Of a DNA stretch of 64,000 nucleotides, positions 44,818 to 54,136 are shown one piece after another (positions within the stretch are counted from its first letter, which is position 1; each line of letters starts with the position of its first letter). Made by a program: the position numbers and the translations under genes. Source of the stretch: a virus; IMG/VR virus record IMGVR_UViG_3300045988_184134. One strand, 5' to 3'. The notes below the pieces were generated by a model, which saw only the letters and a list, made by a program, of their open reading frames with translations, did no database searches and had not been told where the DNA came from.

Positions 44818-45938
44818 ACTGCATACGGGTCCATGACTTCAAACATCACCGCACGCTTTGCTACTGCTGCCGAATATTTCTTTGTCCATGTCTCTTCTGT
44901 CCAATAGACACATTCGGCACTGTCATAAGCAAAGTCTCGTTCCAACTCGTTGAGCTTTTTGAGTTTGGTTTGCATTGCCTCTAACTTTGCAACGATAGTT
45001 TCTCCGCGTTCTGCAATAGAATGGAGCCCGATTGTCATTTCTGTTTTTGTACCGACTCCAGGCATATTATTTTTAGCAAGCGGCAGGGCTTTTGCTTTGA
45101 CCATAGAATGCGTCTTTTGGGAAAAAGCATTTGCTTCATCGCTCACTTTATTAAGCTCGTCATCAAGGCGATGAATTTCATCCAGACATTTCTTCTCTTC
45201 CTTGACCCACTTGGAGCGGCAACAGAAATAACGACTTATGGCTCCTCTTACCTGTATTGCATACGTATTTACAGCATTATCGACCTTATCCTCCGGGAGC
45301 AAACCAATAATGGCATCAAACACATTTCTGGACAGTACATTCTGATGCTGCTTACCCGCAACGGTATAGCTATCAGTGACAGGATACTTGAGTGGAGGCT
45401 TCTCCGGGTTATTGATGCCAACACAGTCCTCGTTTCGATGCAGAATGATATAAACCATACTGCGAATCACAGCTTCACTATAGCAAGGAGATACACAAGA
45501 CGGTAGTTCGATAGATGCGAGCTGTTCCTCGTCTTTTGGCAACAAAGCGAGTGCTTCATCCATCTTGTGGTTCGCTCTGATGGCATCCAGCATCCAGATA
45601 GCAGCGGCGAGCGAGTAATTGAACTGTCGCTCACCTATGTTGAACGGAGGAGTCATCACCATATTCAGGCGGACCCATTCGTCCTCGTATCGCACCTCAA
45701 GGTCTTCCGGTATATATTCTTTGGCAATAGCTACTGCCATATCTCGTGTTTCGGCAATGGCTTCTACTCGCCTATCTATTGTTTTGTTGTCAATGTCAAA
45801 CTCAAAGGCAACGCTTGGGTCCTTCTCCATCTCGCCGCCGAATCCGGCTATGTTTTTAAGCAACGCCCGTTTGCATCGTTCTTTGAAGCTGCTGGTTGGC
45901 TTCTTGCTATTGCGTTTTGCCTTGCCTTTGCCCATCGT
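44796..45938 (-). CDS. hypothetical protein (about 380 aa)
   Basis: AAAGGAGAACACG-ATG at the internal Met MGKGKAKRNS…; the longer ORF-track N-terminus is unsupported. Confidence 0.4.
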   Translation of the reverse strand, partial: TMGKGKAKRNSKKPTSSFKERCKRALLKNIAGFGGEMEKDPSVAFEFDIDNKTIDRRVEAIAETRDMAVAIAKEYIPEDLEVRYEDEWVRLNMVMTPPFNIGERQFNYSLAAAIWMLDAIRANHKMDEALALLPKDEEQLASIELPSCVSPCYSEAVIRSMVYIILHRNEDCVGINNPEKPPLKYPVTDSYTVAGKQHQNVLSRNVFDAIIGLLPEDKVDNAVNTYAIQVRGAISRYFCCRSKWVKEEKKCLDEIHRLDDELNKVSDEANAFSQKTHSMVKAKALPLAKNNMPGVGTKTEMTIGLHSIAERGETIVAKLEAMQTKLKKLNELERDFAYDSAECVYWTEETWTKKYSAAVAKRAVMFEVMDPYAVCSHSIT

Positions 45939-46453
45939 GTTCTCCTTTGTCTGGGTTGCGCCAGATTTCTCTAATATAACATTATACGACATGTTGCGGT
46001 ATTTATCAATCACCACACTTTTCCGTGTACGGCAAGCTTCACATTTTCCCGACGAGTTTTTGCTGATTCCGGCACTTTTTACAACGAGTTCCGTTCTACT
46101 GTTTGTGGTTTGCGTGAACGCCGCACTCGGCTCCCACATAGAGTTGCTTGCCAACTGTGTCATGGTTGGCTGCTCTGATATGATGTCTGGCAGCGCTTGC
46201 TCGCTATGAAGCGCGTGCCGGATGTACTGGACCGTGCCCCTTGCCGTGGTTCATCCAGCACAAAGAGAACTTACACGCCGTGCAACAGAATTCGTCTATA
46301 GCTTACACGCGTGTAACTATCCGTGTAAGTTATTCACAGCGCCACAAGGCCGCCTGCCACGAGGTATTTCATGCTTAGACCGATATTGTTCCTATACAAC
46401 AAGAAAAGCACGCCACAGAAGCCCGTAGGCCCCTATGACGTGCGTATCGTTAT

Positions 46454-47296
46454 TTAGAGATAGTTAGATAGCTTAATGACGGATACTCCGTATGGAGATG
46501 TATCAATGTCGAGGTATGTGCAGCCGGAGTTGGGTCTATCCATCCGAGTGATTTCTTTATGAGGGATATGGCCGAAAACATAGAGCGTATCCCGATGGCC
46601 GGTCAGCATTTCATCTTTATCATAGTCAAAGACTCTGCCGAACGGATTGTTGTGTGTCACCACGACTTGTTTGAATCGAGAGCCAGGCGGAGGTGTGATA
46701 TTGAGTTCCTGCGTTTGATTCTCAAAGACGGCTTCAAAGCTTTCCCTTGTCCTTTTCGTGCCAGACAGGTACTCGTAGATGGTATGCTCTGCTTCATACG
46801 GTGTGCCACACATATTGTCGAGCAAGTATACGACCATCTGCCAAAGCCCATCATTCTCCCACGAGAGAGTATAAGTGATGAAGAGCTTCTGCCACCCGGC
46901 GAATGTATGAGGTCTTGCGGCGAGAATCTTCTTTCTTTCCTCCATGCTGCATCTGAGCGTTTCGAGTTCTTCTTTTGTTCTGAAGATGTGCTCTCCTTGC
47001 TTGTAGTGTAGGAAGACCCAGGCTGCGAGCTTTCTGACGGTCGGAGACTGTGCGAGTGCTTTATAGTATCGAAGCATCTGCCTATGTTCGTATTCGTGGT
47101 TGCCAAGAACGAGATGGACTGTATCTGGATGTTCCGTAATGAAGTTGACGACCTTTGCGTTTTCCTTGCCACGGTCTACTACATCACCAACGAAGACGAG
47201 CTTGTCGGTTCCTTCATTCCATCCGGCGGCCATGAGGGATTCGATGAGACCTTTGTAGTTCCCATGCACATCTCCTGCCACATAGATGTCGCTCAT
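46454..47296 (-). CDS. calcineurin-like metallophosphoesterase (Ser/Thr phosphatase / ApaH-like)
   Basis: GDVHGN, GDVVDRG and GNHE motifs in the canonical order. Confidence 0.75.
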   Translation of the reverse strand: MSDIYVAGDVHGNYKGLIESLMAAGWNEGTDKLVFVGDVVDRGKENAKVVNFITEHPDTVHLVLGNHEYEHRQMLRYYKALAQSPTVRKLAAWVFLHYKQGEHIFRTKEELETLRCSMEERKKILAARPHTFAGWQKLFITYTLSWENDGLWQMVVYLLDNMCGTPYEAEHTIYEYLSGTKRTRESFEAVFENQTQELNITPPPGSRFKQVVVTHNNPFGRVFDYDKDEMLTGHRDTLYVFGHIPHKEITRMDRPNSGCTYLDIDTSPYGVSVIKLSNYL

Positions 47297-48081
47297 TGGT
47301 TATCACCTTCTTTCCCAAAGTCGTCCGTGTTTATTTCCGCAATCTGGTTGTACAGCACTCTGAGCTTGTACATCGGTTTATCGATGTCTTGGTGCATGTG
47401 GCCGCAACACCATTGTTTAAACTTCACCCGGCGGTAAATTTCATCAAGGTATACGCCAGTCGGGTCGTGAATCGGGCTGATGTCTCTGAAATAGATTGGC
47501 ATGAGCATCTGTGGAAGCATGTGCGTCAGGATGATGTCTACTTTATTCCCATGCTCATCCAATGCGTCAAGACCGTGCCACATCTCTTTCTGAGATGGGA
47601 CTTCTTCCCTCCACCAAGTGACGCCTTCTGTACGGTATGCTTTATCGATAGACTCTGCACCTCCCATACACCATACAGTCATACCATCAATCGTGTAGTA
47701 TTCGCCGCGCATCAGGTGGATGACATTCGGTGCTTCCGGCAGGCGTTGAATCAAGCCGCCATTCCACCGTTCAGTAGGCTGCTCTGCCCAGAAGGTGTGG
47801 TTATCGTGGTTACCATCGATGAAGAGGATATTGCAAGGAAAAGACTTCATCCAGTCGGTGTACATCTGGTACGCTCGCGCTGACTTGATACAGTGTTGCG
47901 GCATGTCCAGTGTCTTGAGGTCGTCCGCCGGGATGCGGTCTGTCGGAAAGAACGGAAATCCGAAGTCTCCGCAAACAACAATCGCATCATCTTTTGTGAT
48001 GTCACGGTTAAGGAACCGTTTCGGATTGATTTTGGAAATCTCATCCGGTCCATGTGTATCGCCAAAAATATGAAGAAGCAT
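47293..48081 (-). CDS. second calcineurin-like metallophosphoesterase
   Basis: GDTHG, GDFG and GNHD motifs; start overlaps the stop of the first phosphoesterase. Confidence 0.7.
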   Translation of the reverse strand: MLLHIFGDTHGPDEISKINPKRFLNRDITKDDAIVVCGDFGFPFFPTDRIPADDLKTLDMPQHCIKSARAYQMYTDWMKSFPCNILFIDGNHDNHTFWAEQPTERWNGGLIQRLPEAPNVIHLMRGEYYTIDGMTVWCMGGAESIDKAYRTEGVTWWREEVPSQKEMWHGLDALDEHGNKVDIILTHMLPQMLMPIYFRDISPIHDPTGVYLDEIYRRVKFKQWCCGHMHQDIDKPMYKLRVLYNQIAEINTDDFGKEGDNQ

Positions 48082-48140
48082 CCGTCGTCATCTCCTTTCT
48101 GTTCTGCGTTGATTTTGTTCTGGATGGATTATAGGGTGCC

Positions 48141-48899
48141 TCACAGCATCGCGAGCAGTTTCTCTGCTTCATGGTTTTCCTTGTAGGCCGCAATCGCCAT
48201 ATTCCGCCGGTCTCTCTCCTGCTCTTCTTCGGGATACCAGTCTTCGGTATAGTCGTCGCCCAGCAGCTTCTTTACGACATCCTCAAACGGAATGCCCTTG
48301 CTGGGTTCGCCGCTTTCAGCAAGGTCTTTCTTTTCTTCCTCAAGGTTCGCATCGATTTCAGCTTTGGCGTTCTCCATACCTTCAGGTTCGATGCCAAAAA
48401 AGGTCATCTCCCACAACACGCGGGAAAGGCACCACTCAAGGCCGTAGATATAGATACTGGACGGTGCCAGTTTCCAGCTGAGAATCTCTTCCCAACTGCA
48501 AAACTCAAAGGCGTATTGTGTCGGCAAGTCCTGCTTCATTACGGCGGCCATGATGTCGTCGGTGCTCATAAAGGTAAGCATCTCGTCGCTGATGGTTTCC
48601 GCTTCAGGAACTTTTGTGTGCTTCTCTTTCCACTCGCGAAGGTCACTAGCTTCAATGCAGACGGTGTCATCTCCTACATTGCCAAAGCCCTTGCAGACGA
48701 AGAGCAGTTTCTGCTCCGGCTCTACTTTCAGGGTGAGTGTCTTCATGCGCATGAATGCAGCATTGACCTCTTCTTTGGCATCTGCAAGCCTGTCGCGTTC
48801 TTCGCCGCCACTGTGATACATAGCTGCAAACTCCGCAGCCAGCTTGTCTACGTCACAGTGCATGAATGCCTGATAGGTGTTCTCAAAGTTCGTGGTCAT
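48141..48899 (-). CDS. hypothetical acidic protein (252 aa)
   Basis: Intact ORF. Confidence 0.45.
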   Translation of the reverse strand: MTTNFENTYQAFMHCDVDKLAAEFAAMYHSGGEERDRLADAKEEVNAAFMRMKTLTLKVEPEQKLLFVCKGFGNVGDDTVCIEASDLREWKEKHTKVPEAETISDEMLTFMSTDDIMAAVMKQDLPTQYAFEFCSWEEILSWKLAPSSIYIYGLEWCLSRVLWEMTFFGIEPEGMENAKAEIDANLEEEKKDLAESGEPSKGIPFEDVVKKLLGDDYTEDWYPEEEQERDRRNMAIAAYKENHEAEKLLAML

Positions 48900-49004
48900 A
48901 ATTGCCTTTCCGGCTGTTCACTTCAGCCCAATTCTTGTGTATTCCAAAGTGCTGCTTCATAGTTCTTGATGAACTTATATCAGGCAACAGCTTCATCATA
49001 TCTC

Positions 49005-49238
49005 TTATTTCTTCGTTTTCTTCCCGGCTTCTTTCAAAATAGTCACCTTCGTCTTCGGATGCAGCTTATCCTTTACAGCTTCATATTCTTCTGTCGTCCC
49101 CTCAAAGGTGATTTTACTACCTCCTGCTACCATCGCTTTTTGCATATCAAGAGAGTCAATGCACTGTGCGGATTCCGTATGAACTCCAATGATAGTTCCT
49201 GTTCCGCGTCCTCTCGGACTTATCACTTCATATACCAT
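49005..49238 (-). CDS. small protein (77 aa)
   Basis: Intact ORF just downstream of 9-mer repeat cluster A. Confidence 0.4.
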   Translation of the reverse strand: MVYEVISPRGRGTGTIIGVHTESAQCIDSLDMQKAMVAGGSKITFEGTTEEYEAVKDKLHPKTKVTILKEAGKKTKK

Positions 49239-49243
49239 GTTTG

Positions 49244-49416
49244 GCTACGCCTCCTAAAAAGAAAAAGAACGACGGCTACGCAACCAGCGACCAGTTTCAT
49301 GGTGGCAGCTACGCTTCCGTCGTTCATAAGCTCCTTTGCTATTGGCAGCGATGCTTTCATCCTCTGCCTACGGTTCGTTCCACGCGCACCTACGGTTTCA
49401 CCCGCCGGGCTACGCT
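49244..49416 (+). repeat. 9-mer repeat cluster A: six copies of RGCTACGSY in 173 nt
   Basis: Copies start at 49244, 49274, 49308, 49366, 49388 and 49408, all in the same orientation; the first three are spaced about 30 to 34 nt apart. Confidence 0.6.
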
Positions 49417-49605
49417 TTAATCATCGTCGTCTTTGAGTGCGTTATAGGCAAAGAACCCATAAAGGCCAAAGAAGTACAGCGTAATAACCCAAGTGGGAAG
49501 GTATTCAGTCACGCCGGTCAGCGTGAAGACAACAGCCATAATACAAGCCGTTACCAGGAACTGCGAATCGACGTACAGCACCAATCCGATGTTAAAGCCT
49601 TTCAT
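49417..49605 (-). CDS. small two-TM membrane protein (62 aa)
   Basis: Two hydrophobic helices; acidic DDDD C-terminus. Confidence 0.4.
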   Translation of the reverse strand: MKGFNIGLVLYVDSQFLVTACIMAVVFTLTGVTEYLPTWVITLYFFGLYGFFAYNALKDDDD

Positions 49606-49607
49606 CT

Positions 49608-50273
49608 TTATGCCTCCTCAAAGTAGTCTCTCAGCGAGTCAGAGACTTTAACTCGTACAGTGTCATCCCACGAGTCGTATTTGTTCTCCGGGTACGAAAC
49701 ATCTTCGACAGAACTCAGCTTCCAGGTAGAAACAGGCTCACCGTCTTCGATGCGAACAATGGTAGGAGCGCCGATACGCTTCTCTCCAATCTCGTACTTG
49801 TTCTTGTCCTTATCACTTACCGTGTAATCTGCCAGGTAGTCTTGCAGCCAATTGAGAAGTTCATCATACCCTTCCCCTGCTGCTTTTGTCATCACAGGAG
49901 CACCAGCATTCTCGTCGTATGCGTAGATGTCGCGGTACTCATCGATTTGGCAGTAGTAAACGGTCTGGTTCTTTTCTTTGGCAATACCGGTAAGTTCAGG
50001 AATCAGGTTGCGGCAGTAAGGGCAGCGAGGATACGCAAAGATAACGATGCCATCTTTGATTTCTCTCGCCTGTGTCGCAGTCACTTCAACATAAGTGTTA
50101 TTCCAGGGAATGCCTACGGTTTGATAGGTATAGTCAGCAGCTACGCTCGGCTTCTGGTTGTTGTATCCAGAGTAGCTTCTTGCAACTACGGCTCCATCAC
50201 TACTGGCTACGCTAATTGCAGCAGCCATTGCCAGCGATGCAACTACGTAAGGAACAATGAATTTCTTAGTCAT
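49608..50273 (-). CDS. secreted thioredoxin/glutaredoxin-fold protein (CPYC active site)
   Basis: Signal peptide MTKKFIVPYVVASLAMAAAISVASS; IVIFAYPRCPYCRNLIPEL CxxC motif. Its first 55 codons carry five copies of the RGCTACGSY 9-mer. Confidence 0.6.
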   Translation of the reverse strand: MTKKFIVPYVVASLAMAAAISVASSDGAVVARSYSGYNNQKPSVAADYTYQTVGIPWNNTYVEVTATQAREIKDGIVIFAYPRCPYCRNLIPELTGIAKEKNQTVYYCQIDEYRDIYAYDENAGAPVMTKAAGEGYDELLNWLQDYLADYTVSDKDKNKYEIGEKRIGAPTIVRIEDGEPVSTWKLSSVEDVSYPENKYDSWDDTVRVKVSDSLRDYFEEA

Positions 50274-50490
50274 TTCTCAAAACCTCAAGTGCCTACGGTC
50301 AGGAGCTACGCTTTGAGGTTTGTAGTTCTTCGGCTACGCTTCGGCAGCTACGCTCCTTCCGTGTTTCGTCTTCTTTATTTTCATCGCCATTATACCACGA
50401 ATTCGTAATTGTCTCAATTGTGGTCCTTCGATGTTCATAAAATAGTAATATTTGCTTTTGAGGTTTTTGACGTGCGCTATCAGCTACGCT
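50112..50490 (+). repeat. 9-mer repeat cluster B: ten copies of RGCTACGSY spanning the 5' end of the thioredoxin-like gene and its upstream region
   Basis: Copies at 50112, 50138, 50183, 50205, 50240, 50291, 50304, 50332, 50346 and 50482. Two of them sit in the loop of the inverted repeat AAACCTCAA…TTGAGGTTT (50281..50322). Confidence 0.6.
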
Positions 50491-50505
50491 TCTTTTGAAT
50501 GAGAC

Positions 50506-51708
50506 TTAAAAGAGACTCTTCTGTTCAGCGGTGTTTGCCGCTTCCATCGCTCGCGCCTCACTCTCTTTAGCAGCATCCAACTGTTTCTGCAACTGTTCAA
50601 TTTGCTTGACCAGTGCATCCTCATTGGAGTTCTTCGTGCCGCCAAATAGCTCATTGGAGATAGAGCCTTTCAGTTCATCGTTGTATGCTTCGCCGAGACT
50701 GCGAATTGCGATGTACATAGGCAGCATCGTGTTATAGAGATTGACGATAGCAGCCACAGCAAGACTTGATGTTTCATCCGCCAGGATTCGGCCATTGTCA
50801 TCAATTTTGATGTGCTCATCGTCCATCAAGGAGAAGAAATCGCCGCGCACCACTTTGCCATCTTCACCGACCTTGGTAAAGTATAAGCTCTTGGCAACAG
50901 CACGCTGAGCTTCGGTGAATTTTTGCTTCGTAATGGTACGGTCATAAGCCGGGCTATTTGCAACACCGGCATCCAACAGGGCCAGCGTGCTCAGCATTTC
51001 GGCGGAACAAGACACGCCGTAGTTAGAGAAAGAGAACCAGTCAAAATGACCAATATCTCCATCGTCATCTTCTAACATGAGGTCATTCGTTCCAGATACC
51101 AGAACTGCATTCGTCACGAGGTCAGAGAAGTTCTTCTGGTTTGTCATACCATATTGGACAAAGAATTTCTCTTGCTCAGACAAAGGCTTTTCTGCATCTG
51201 TCTTTCGGGTCATCTGAGATAATGTGTTGCAAAGACGCGAAAAGCCCATTCGGTTCTGTTCCAGATAGCTTTCAGGACTCGCAAGCAGGAAAATGGCAAA
51301 GACTGCCACATTCCCAATCTCGCTTCCATAAAGGCCAGACATACGCTTTGCCAATTTCAGCATGCCATCTTTTTCGTTTTTATAAATTTCACTGACAAGA
51401 GAAGCGACAGAGCCATATTCTTTGCCAAACAGCATTACCAACTTTGTGTATTTGGGTGCCTTATCCGCATACAGCAAATAATAAAGGACAGCTGCGATTT
51501 TTAGTCCCTCCGTGCGCTTGGCACAAGGCAGCACAGTAACGCCATAGAAATTCCCGTCTGCAATAAGTTCTTTTGCGCAGCGACGATAGCAAAGGTTGCT
51601 CTCGTATTCTTCGATGAACCGTTTGCGAGGACCGCCCGTGTGCGTCAGGTCAGCAGCGATAATGCTGCACCACATTGGGTCAAATGGGATAGATTCGTTA
51701 TATTTCAT
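50506..51708 (-). CDS. hypothetical protein (400 aa)
   Basis: Intact ORF with a C-terminal coiled coil. Confidence 0.45.
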   Translation of the reverse strand: MKYNESIPFDPMWCSIIAADLTHTGGPRKRFIEEYESNLCYRRCAKELIADGNFYGVTVLPCAKRTEGLKIAAVLYYLLYADKAPKYTKLVMLFGKEYGSVASLVSEIYKNEKDGMLKLAKRMSGLYGSEIGNVAVFAIFLLASPESYLEQNRMGFSRLCNTLSQMTRKTDAEKPLSEQEKFFVQYGMTNQKNFSDLVTNAVLVSGTNDLMLEDDDGDIGHFDWFSFSNYGVSCSAEMLSTLALLDAGVANSPAYDRTITKQKFTEAQRAVAKSLYFTKVGEDGKVVRGDFFSLMDDEHIKIDDNGRILADETSSLAVAAIVNLYNTMLPMYIAIRSLGEAYNDELKGSISNELFGGTKNSNEDALVKQIEQLQKQLDAAKESEARAMEAANTAEQKSLF

Positions 51709-51876
51709 AAAGAGTTTTCTCCTTTCAAAAGAAAAACCGCTCGGTGTAGCAACCGAACGGCAGGAATTGTGAATTATATAAAGGAATAGTATCTATGCTA
51801 CATTCATAATTGTACGCATATCGCACAGTCGTGCAATAGAAAAAGCCGCCCTCTTGAAAGAGGACGGCAGTTAATG

Positions 51877-52827
51877 TTATTTGTTTTCCAGGGCTACAGT
51901 TACGCGCTTAGAAACCTCGCTCCGAATATCTTCGGGGACCCCGAGCGTATCCAATGCCTTATCAAGCGTAAGATTCAAAGAGTGCATTAGGCTCTCGATG
52001 TTTTTCACCGTAGCCTCAATACGTCCCTGCTCGACGCCTTTTTTGATGCCCTTTGCTTCCACAAGGTCACTATAGTTGCACATGCTATCAACTCCTTGTC
52101 GGATGTTATTTGTGATTTTAATTCCGCAATTGCGGACGGTTTCAAGTTTTTCTGCGATAGGCACATCAGAACTATACACTGTAGAGAAAAGACGTACCAA
52201 ATCGTTATCAGAAGTAATGTCACCAAGACACGCCATTACTACACAAAGTTTATCATATTGCTGCTTGGGGAAACGATATTCTTTGGTAAGGCATTCCTCG
52301 GTAAGTTCATAGCGATTGATTACTCCACTCGCCTTCTCGTTCGGAGAGATGCACAGCCAGATGCTGTATACTTTGCGAATCTTTCCGTATTGCGAGTTGT
52401 GGAAGACAGTCTCTTTCTGGGAAGAGAGAAGCCTGCCACAATAGAATACAGCGCGAGTAAGTAAGGGGTAGCCGGGGTAGTAATTGTTCTGAGCTTCAAT
52501 GTCGATGATGACCTTTGCCTTATTGCTGTCTGGAAGATGGATGTCAAAGAGGACATCGTAATAAAGGGTTCCTTCGTTTACACTCTTTGACTCAACATTT
52601 TTATCATCGATTCTTTCGGGCAGGTCATCGACATTATGAAGTCCAATTTCCGGTGTTCCAACAATTCGATTTGCAATTTCATCAACAGACATGCCTTCAA
52701 ATTCTGCAATGCAGTTCTTTACCACAAAGGCCGCAATAGCCTTGCAGCCAAGAAGCGCTTTACATCCGGCATCCAAATTGCTCTTGTCATTGCTCACGGC
52801 ATGGCCGACGGAATTGAGAGATTCCAT
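51877..52827 (-). CDS. Rpn-family (transposase_31 / PD-(D/E)xK) recombination-promoting nuclease-like protein
   Basis: YYDVLFDIHLP…VIIDIEAQN core. C-terminal AKGIKKGVEQGRIEATVKNIESLMHSLNLTLDKALDTLGVPE resembles the Rpn C-terminal tail. Confidence 0.5.
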   Translation of the reverse strand: MESLNSVGHAVSNDKSNLDAGCKALLGCKAIAAFVVKNCIAEFEGMSVDEIANRIVGTPEIGLHNVDDLPERIDDKNVESKSVNEGTLYYDVLFDIHLPDSNKAKVIIDIEAQNNYYPGYPLLTRAVFYCGRLLSSQKETVFHNSQYGKIRKVYSIWLCISPNEKASGVINRYELTEECLTKEYRFPKQQYDKLCVVMACLGDITSDNDLVRLFSTVYSSDVPIAEKLETVRNCGIKITNNIRQGVDSMCNYSDLVEAKGIKKGVEQGRIEATVKNIESLMHSLNLTLDKALDTLGVPEDIRSEVSKRVTVALENK

Positions 52828-52971
52828 TGGGTTTTGCCTCCTATATTATATCACGTGACGCATACGCCTGCAACTGTTCACTGGTATCCACCTCCTTTAA
52901 CGTGAACATTGCGATAAATAAAAAATGGCCCACCCGAAGGGGTGAGCCATCCGCCAAAGGAGAATAAGCTG

Positions 52972-53271
52972 TTACTGCTTTTCCTCCTTCTTCTTCTCGA
53001 ACGCCTTGGTAGCCCGTTCGTAGCCAGCCTTGAAGTGCTTGGTGCGCTTCACAAGCTGGTACGGCAGGAAGATACCGAAGAGGCCAGAGAACGTCAGCCC
53101 AAAAGCTGCCTTAGCGAGAGACCACAGCACATTGAGTGCCACGAAACCAATCGCCTTGACAGCCAGGATGACGGCCAATACGGCAACGGTAGCGGCGGCA
53201 ACGACCACGAAGGTCTTACCGGCTATGTTGCCAATGGATTTGACGGACTGGGACATTTTCTGCTTGTTCAT
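52972..53271 (-). CDS. membrane protein (99 aa)
   Basis: Two or three hydrophobic helices. Confidence 0.4.
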   Translation of the reverse strand: MNKQKMSQSVKSIGNIAGKTFVVVAAATVAVLAVILAVKAIGFVALNVLWSLAKAAFGLTFSGLFGIFLPYQLVKRTKHFKAGYERATKAFEKKKEEKQ

Positions 53272-53471
53272 TTTTGCTACCTCCTAATGGTGCTGAACAA
53301 GATAGCCTTGGACGTATTCCAAGACTATTGTGATTAAAACTGGATGTAACGGTTACATCCAGTGCAGGGAAACAACGGGTAAGCAAGCCTAAAAGGAATC
53401 AGTTCAAATGAAGTTATCAATCAAGTGCTCGCGAGTCACTCGAAATCATCTTCGCTATCACGTCAAACCTC

Positions 53472-53795
53472 TTAACGGCAGTAATGGATGAAACCATCAC
53501 TTACGCCTGCATCGATGTCATGCCAAGCGGGCGCAACATTGCGCCACTGGTAGACACCGTCGTCAATCTCCTCGAATACGGGAACTTCCTCTTCGCCCTC
53601 GTCACGAACGCGGCTCGGGTAGAGGATTTCTTCCGCAAACTTAGCGAAGGAAACTCGATGGGTAGGGACATCATCAGGCCGGTCGAATAGACTGACAAGA
53701 CGATTTTTGAGACTGACATAAACAATATCGTCAGCCTCGATGGATAGGTGTGGGTCCAGCGCATTGCGGACCGTGGATATGCAATTGACGTTCAT
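53472..53795 (-). CDS. hypothetical protein (107 aa)
   Basis: First gene after module copy 3 and its long leader. Confidence 0.4.
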   Translation of the reverse strand: MNVNCISTVRNALDPHLSIEADDIVYVSLKNRLVSLFDRPDDVPTHRVSFAKFAEEILYPSRVRDEGEEEVPVFEEIDDGVYQWRNVAPAWHDIDAGVSDGFIHYCR

Positions 53796-53930
53796 TTTTT
53801 CGTTCTCCCTTCCAAGAGACAGTTAATTAGTGAGCAGAAAACCATATAGGCTTCTGTATCGCAAGATAGCGATTCGGTCAATTTATTCAAAACAGCACCT
53901 AAGGGCAAGGTACTGGTAGTCCGCCAAATA

Positions 53931-54112
53931 AAAAAGAGCGGGCCTCCTGACGAATCAGGAAGTCCGCTCTTGGCAGTTTGTTAAGGGTCAAAGCTCAAGC
54001 AGCCGGATTGGTTCCGGTGGACAACTTACAACATAGTAAGTTTCCAAATTGCTTGCGATAAATGGTATCCATTAACTGCTTTTTATTATAGGCAGTTCGC
54101 AAGCAGCGTCAA
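53931..54112 (-). promoter_or_regulatory. module copy 3 (TTGACG-N16-TATAAT promoter, different leader, same terminator hairpin) upstream of 53472..53795
   Basis: Terminator AGAGCGGACTTCC…GGAGGCCCGCTCT plus U6 at 53931..53970; about 130 nt more of leader before the RBS. Confidence 0.45.
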
Positions 54113-54136
54113 CATCATAACAGAAGATTTTTCTAG

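Noticed and set aside
49244-50490. Considered whether the 9-mer repeats form a CRISPR array.
   Set aside because: The repeats are only 9 nt, irregularly spaced (20-60 nt), partly inside a coding region and have no cas genes nearby; this is not a CRISPR.
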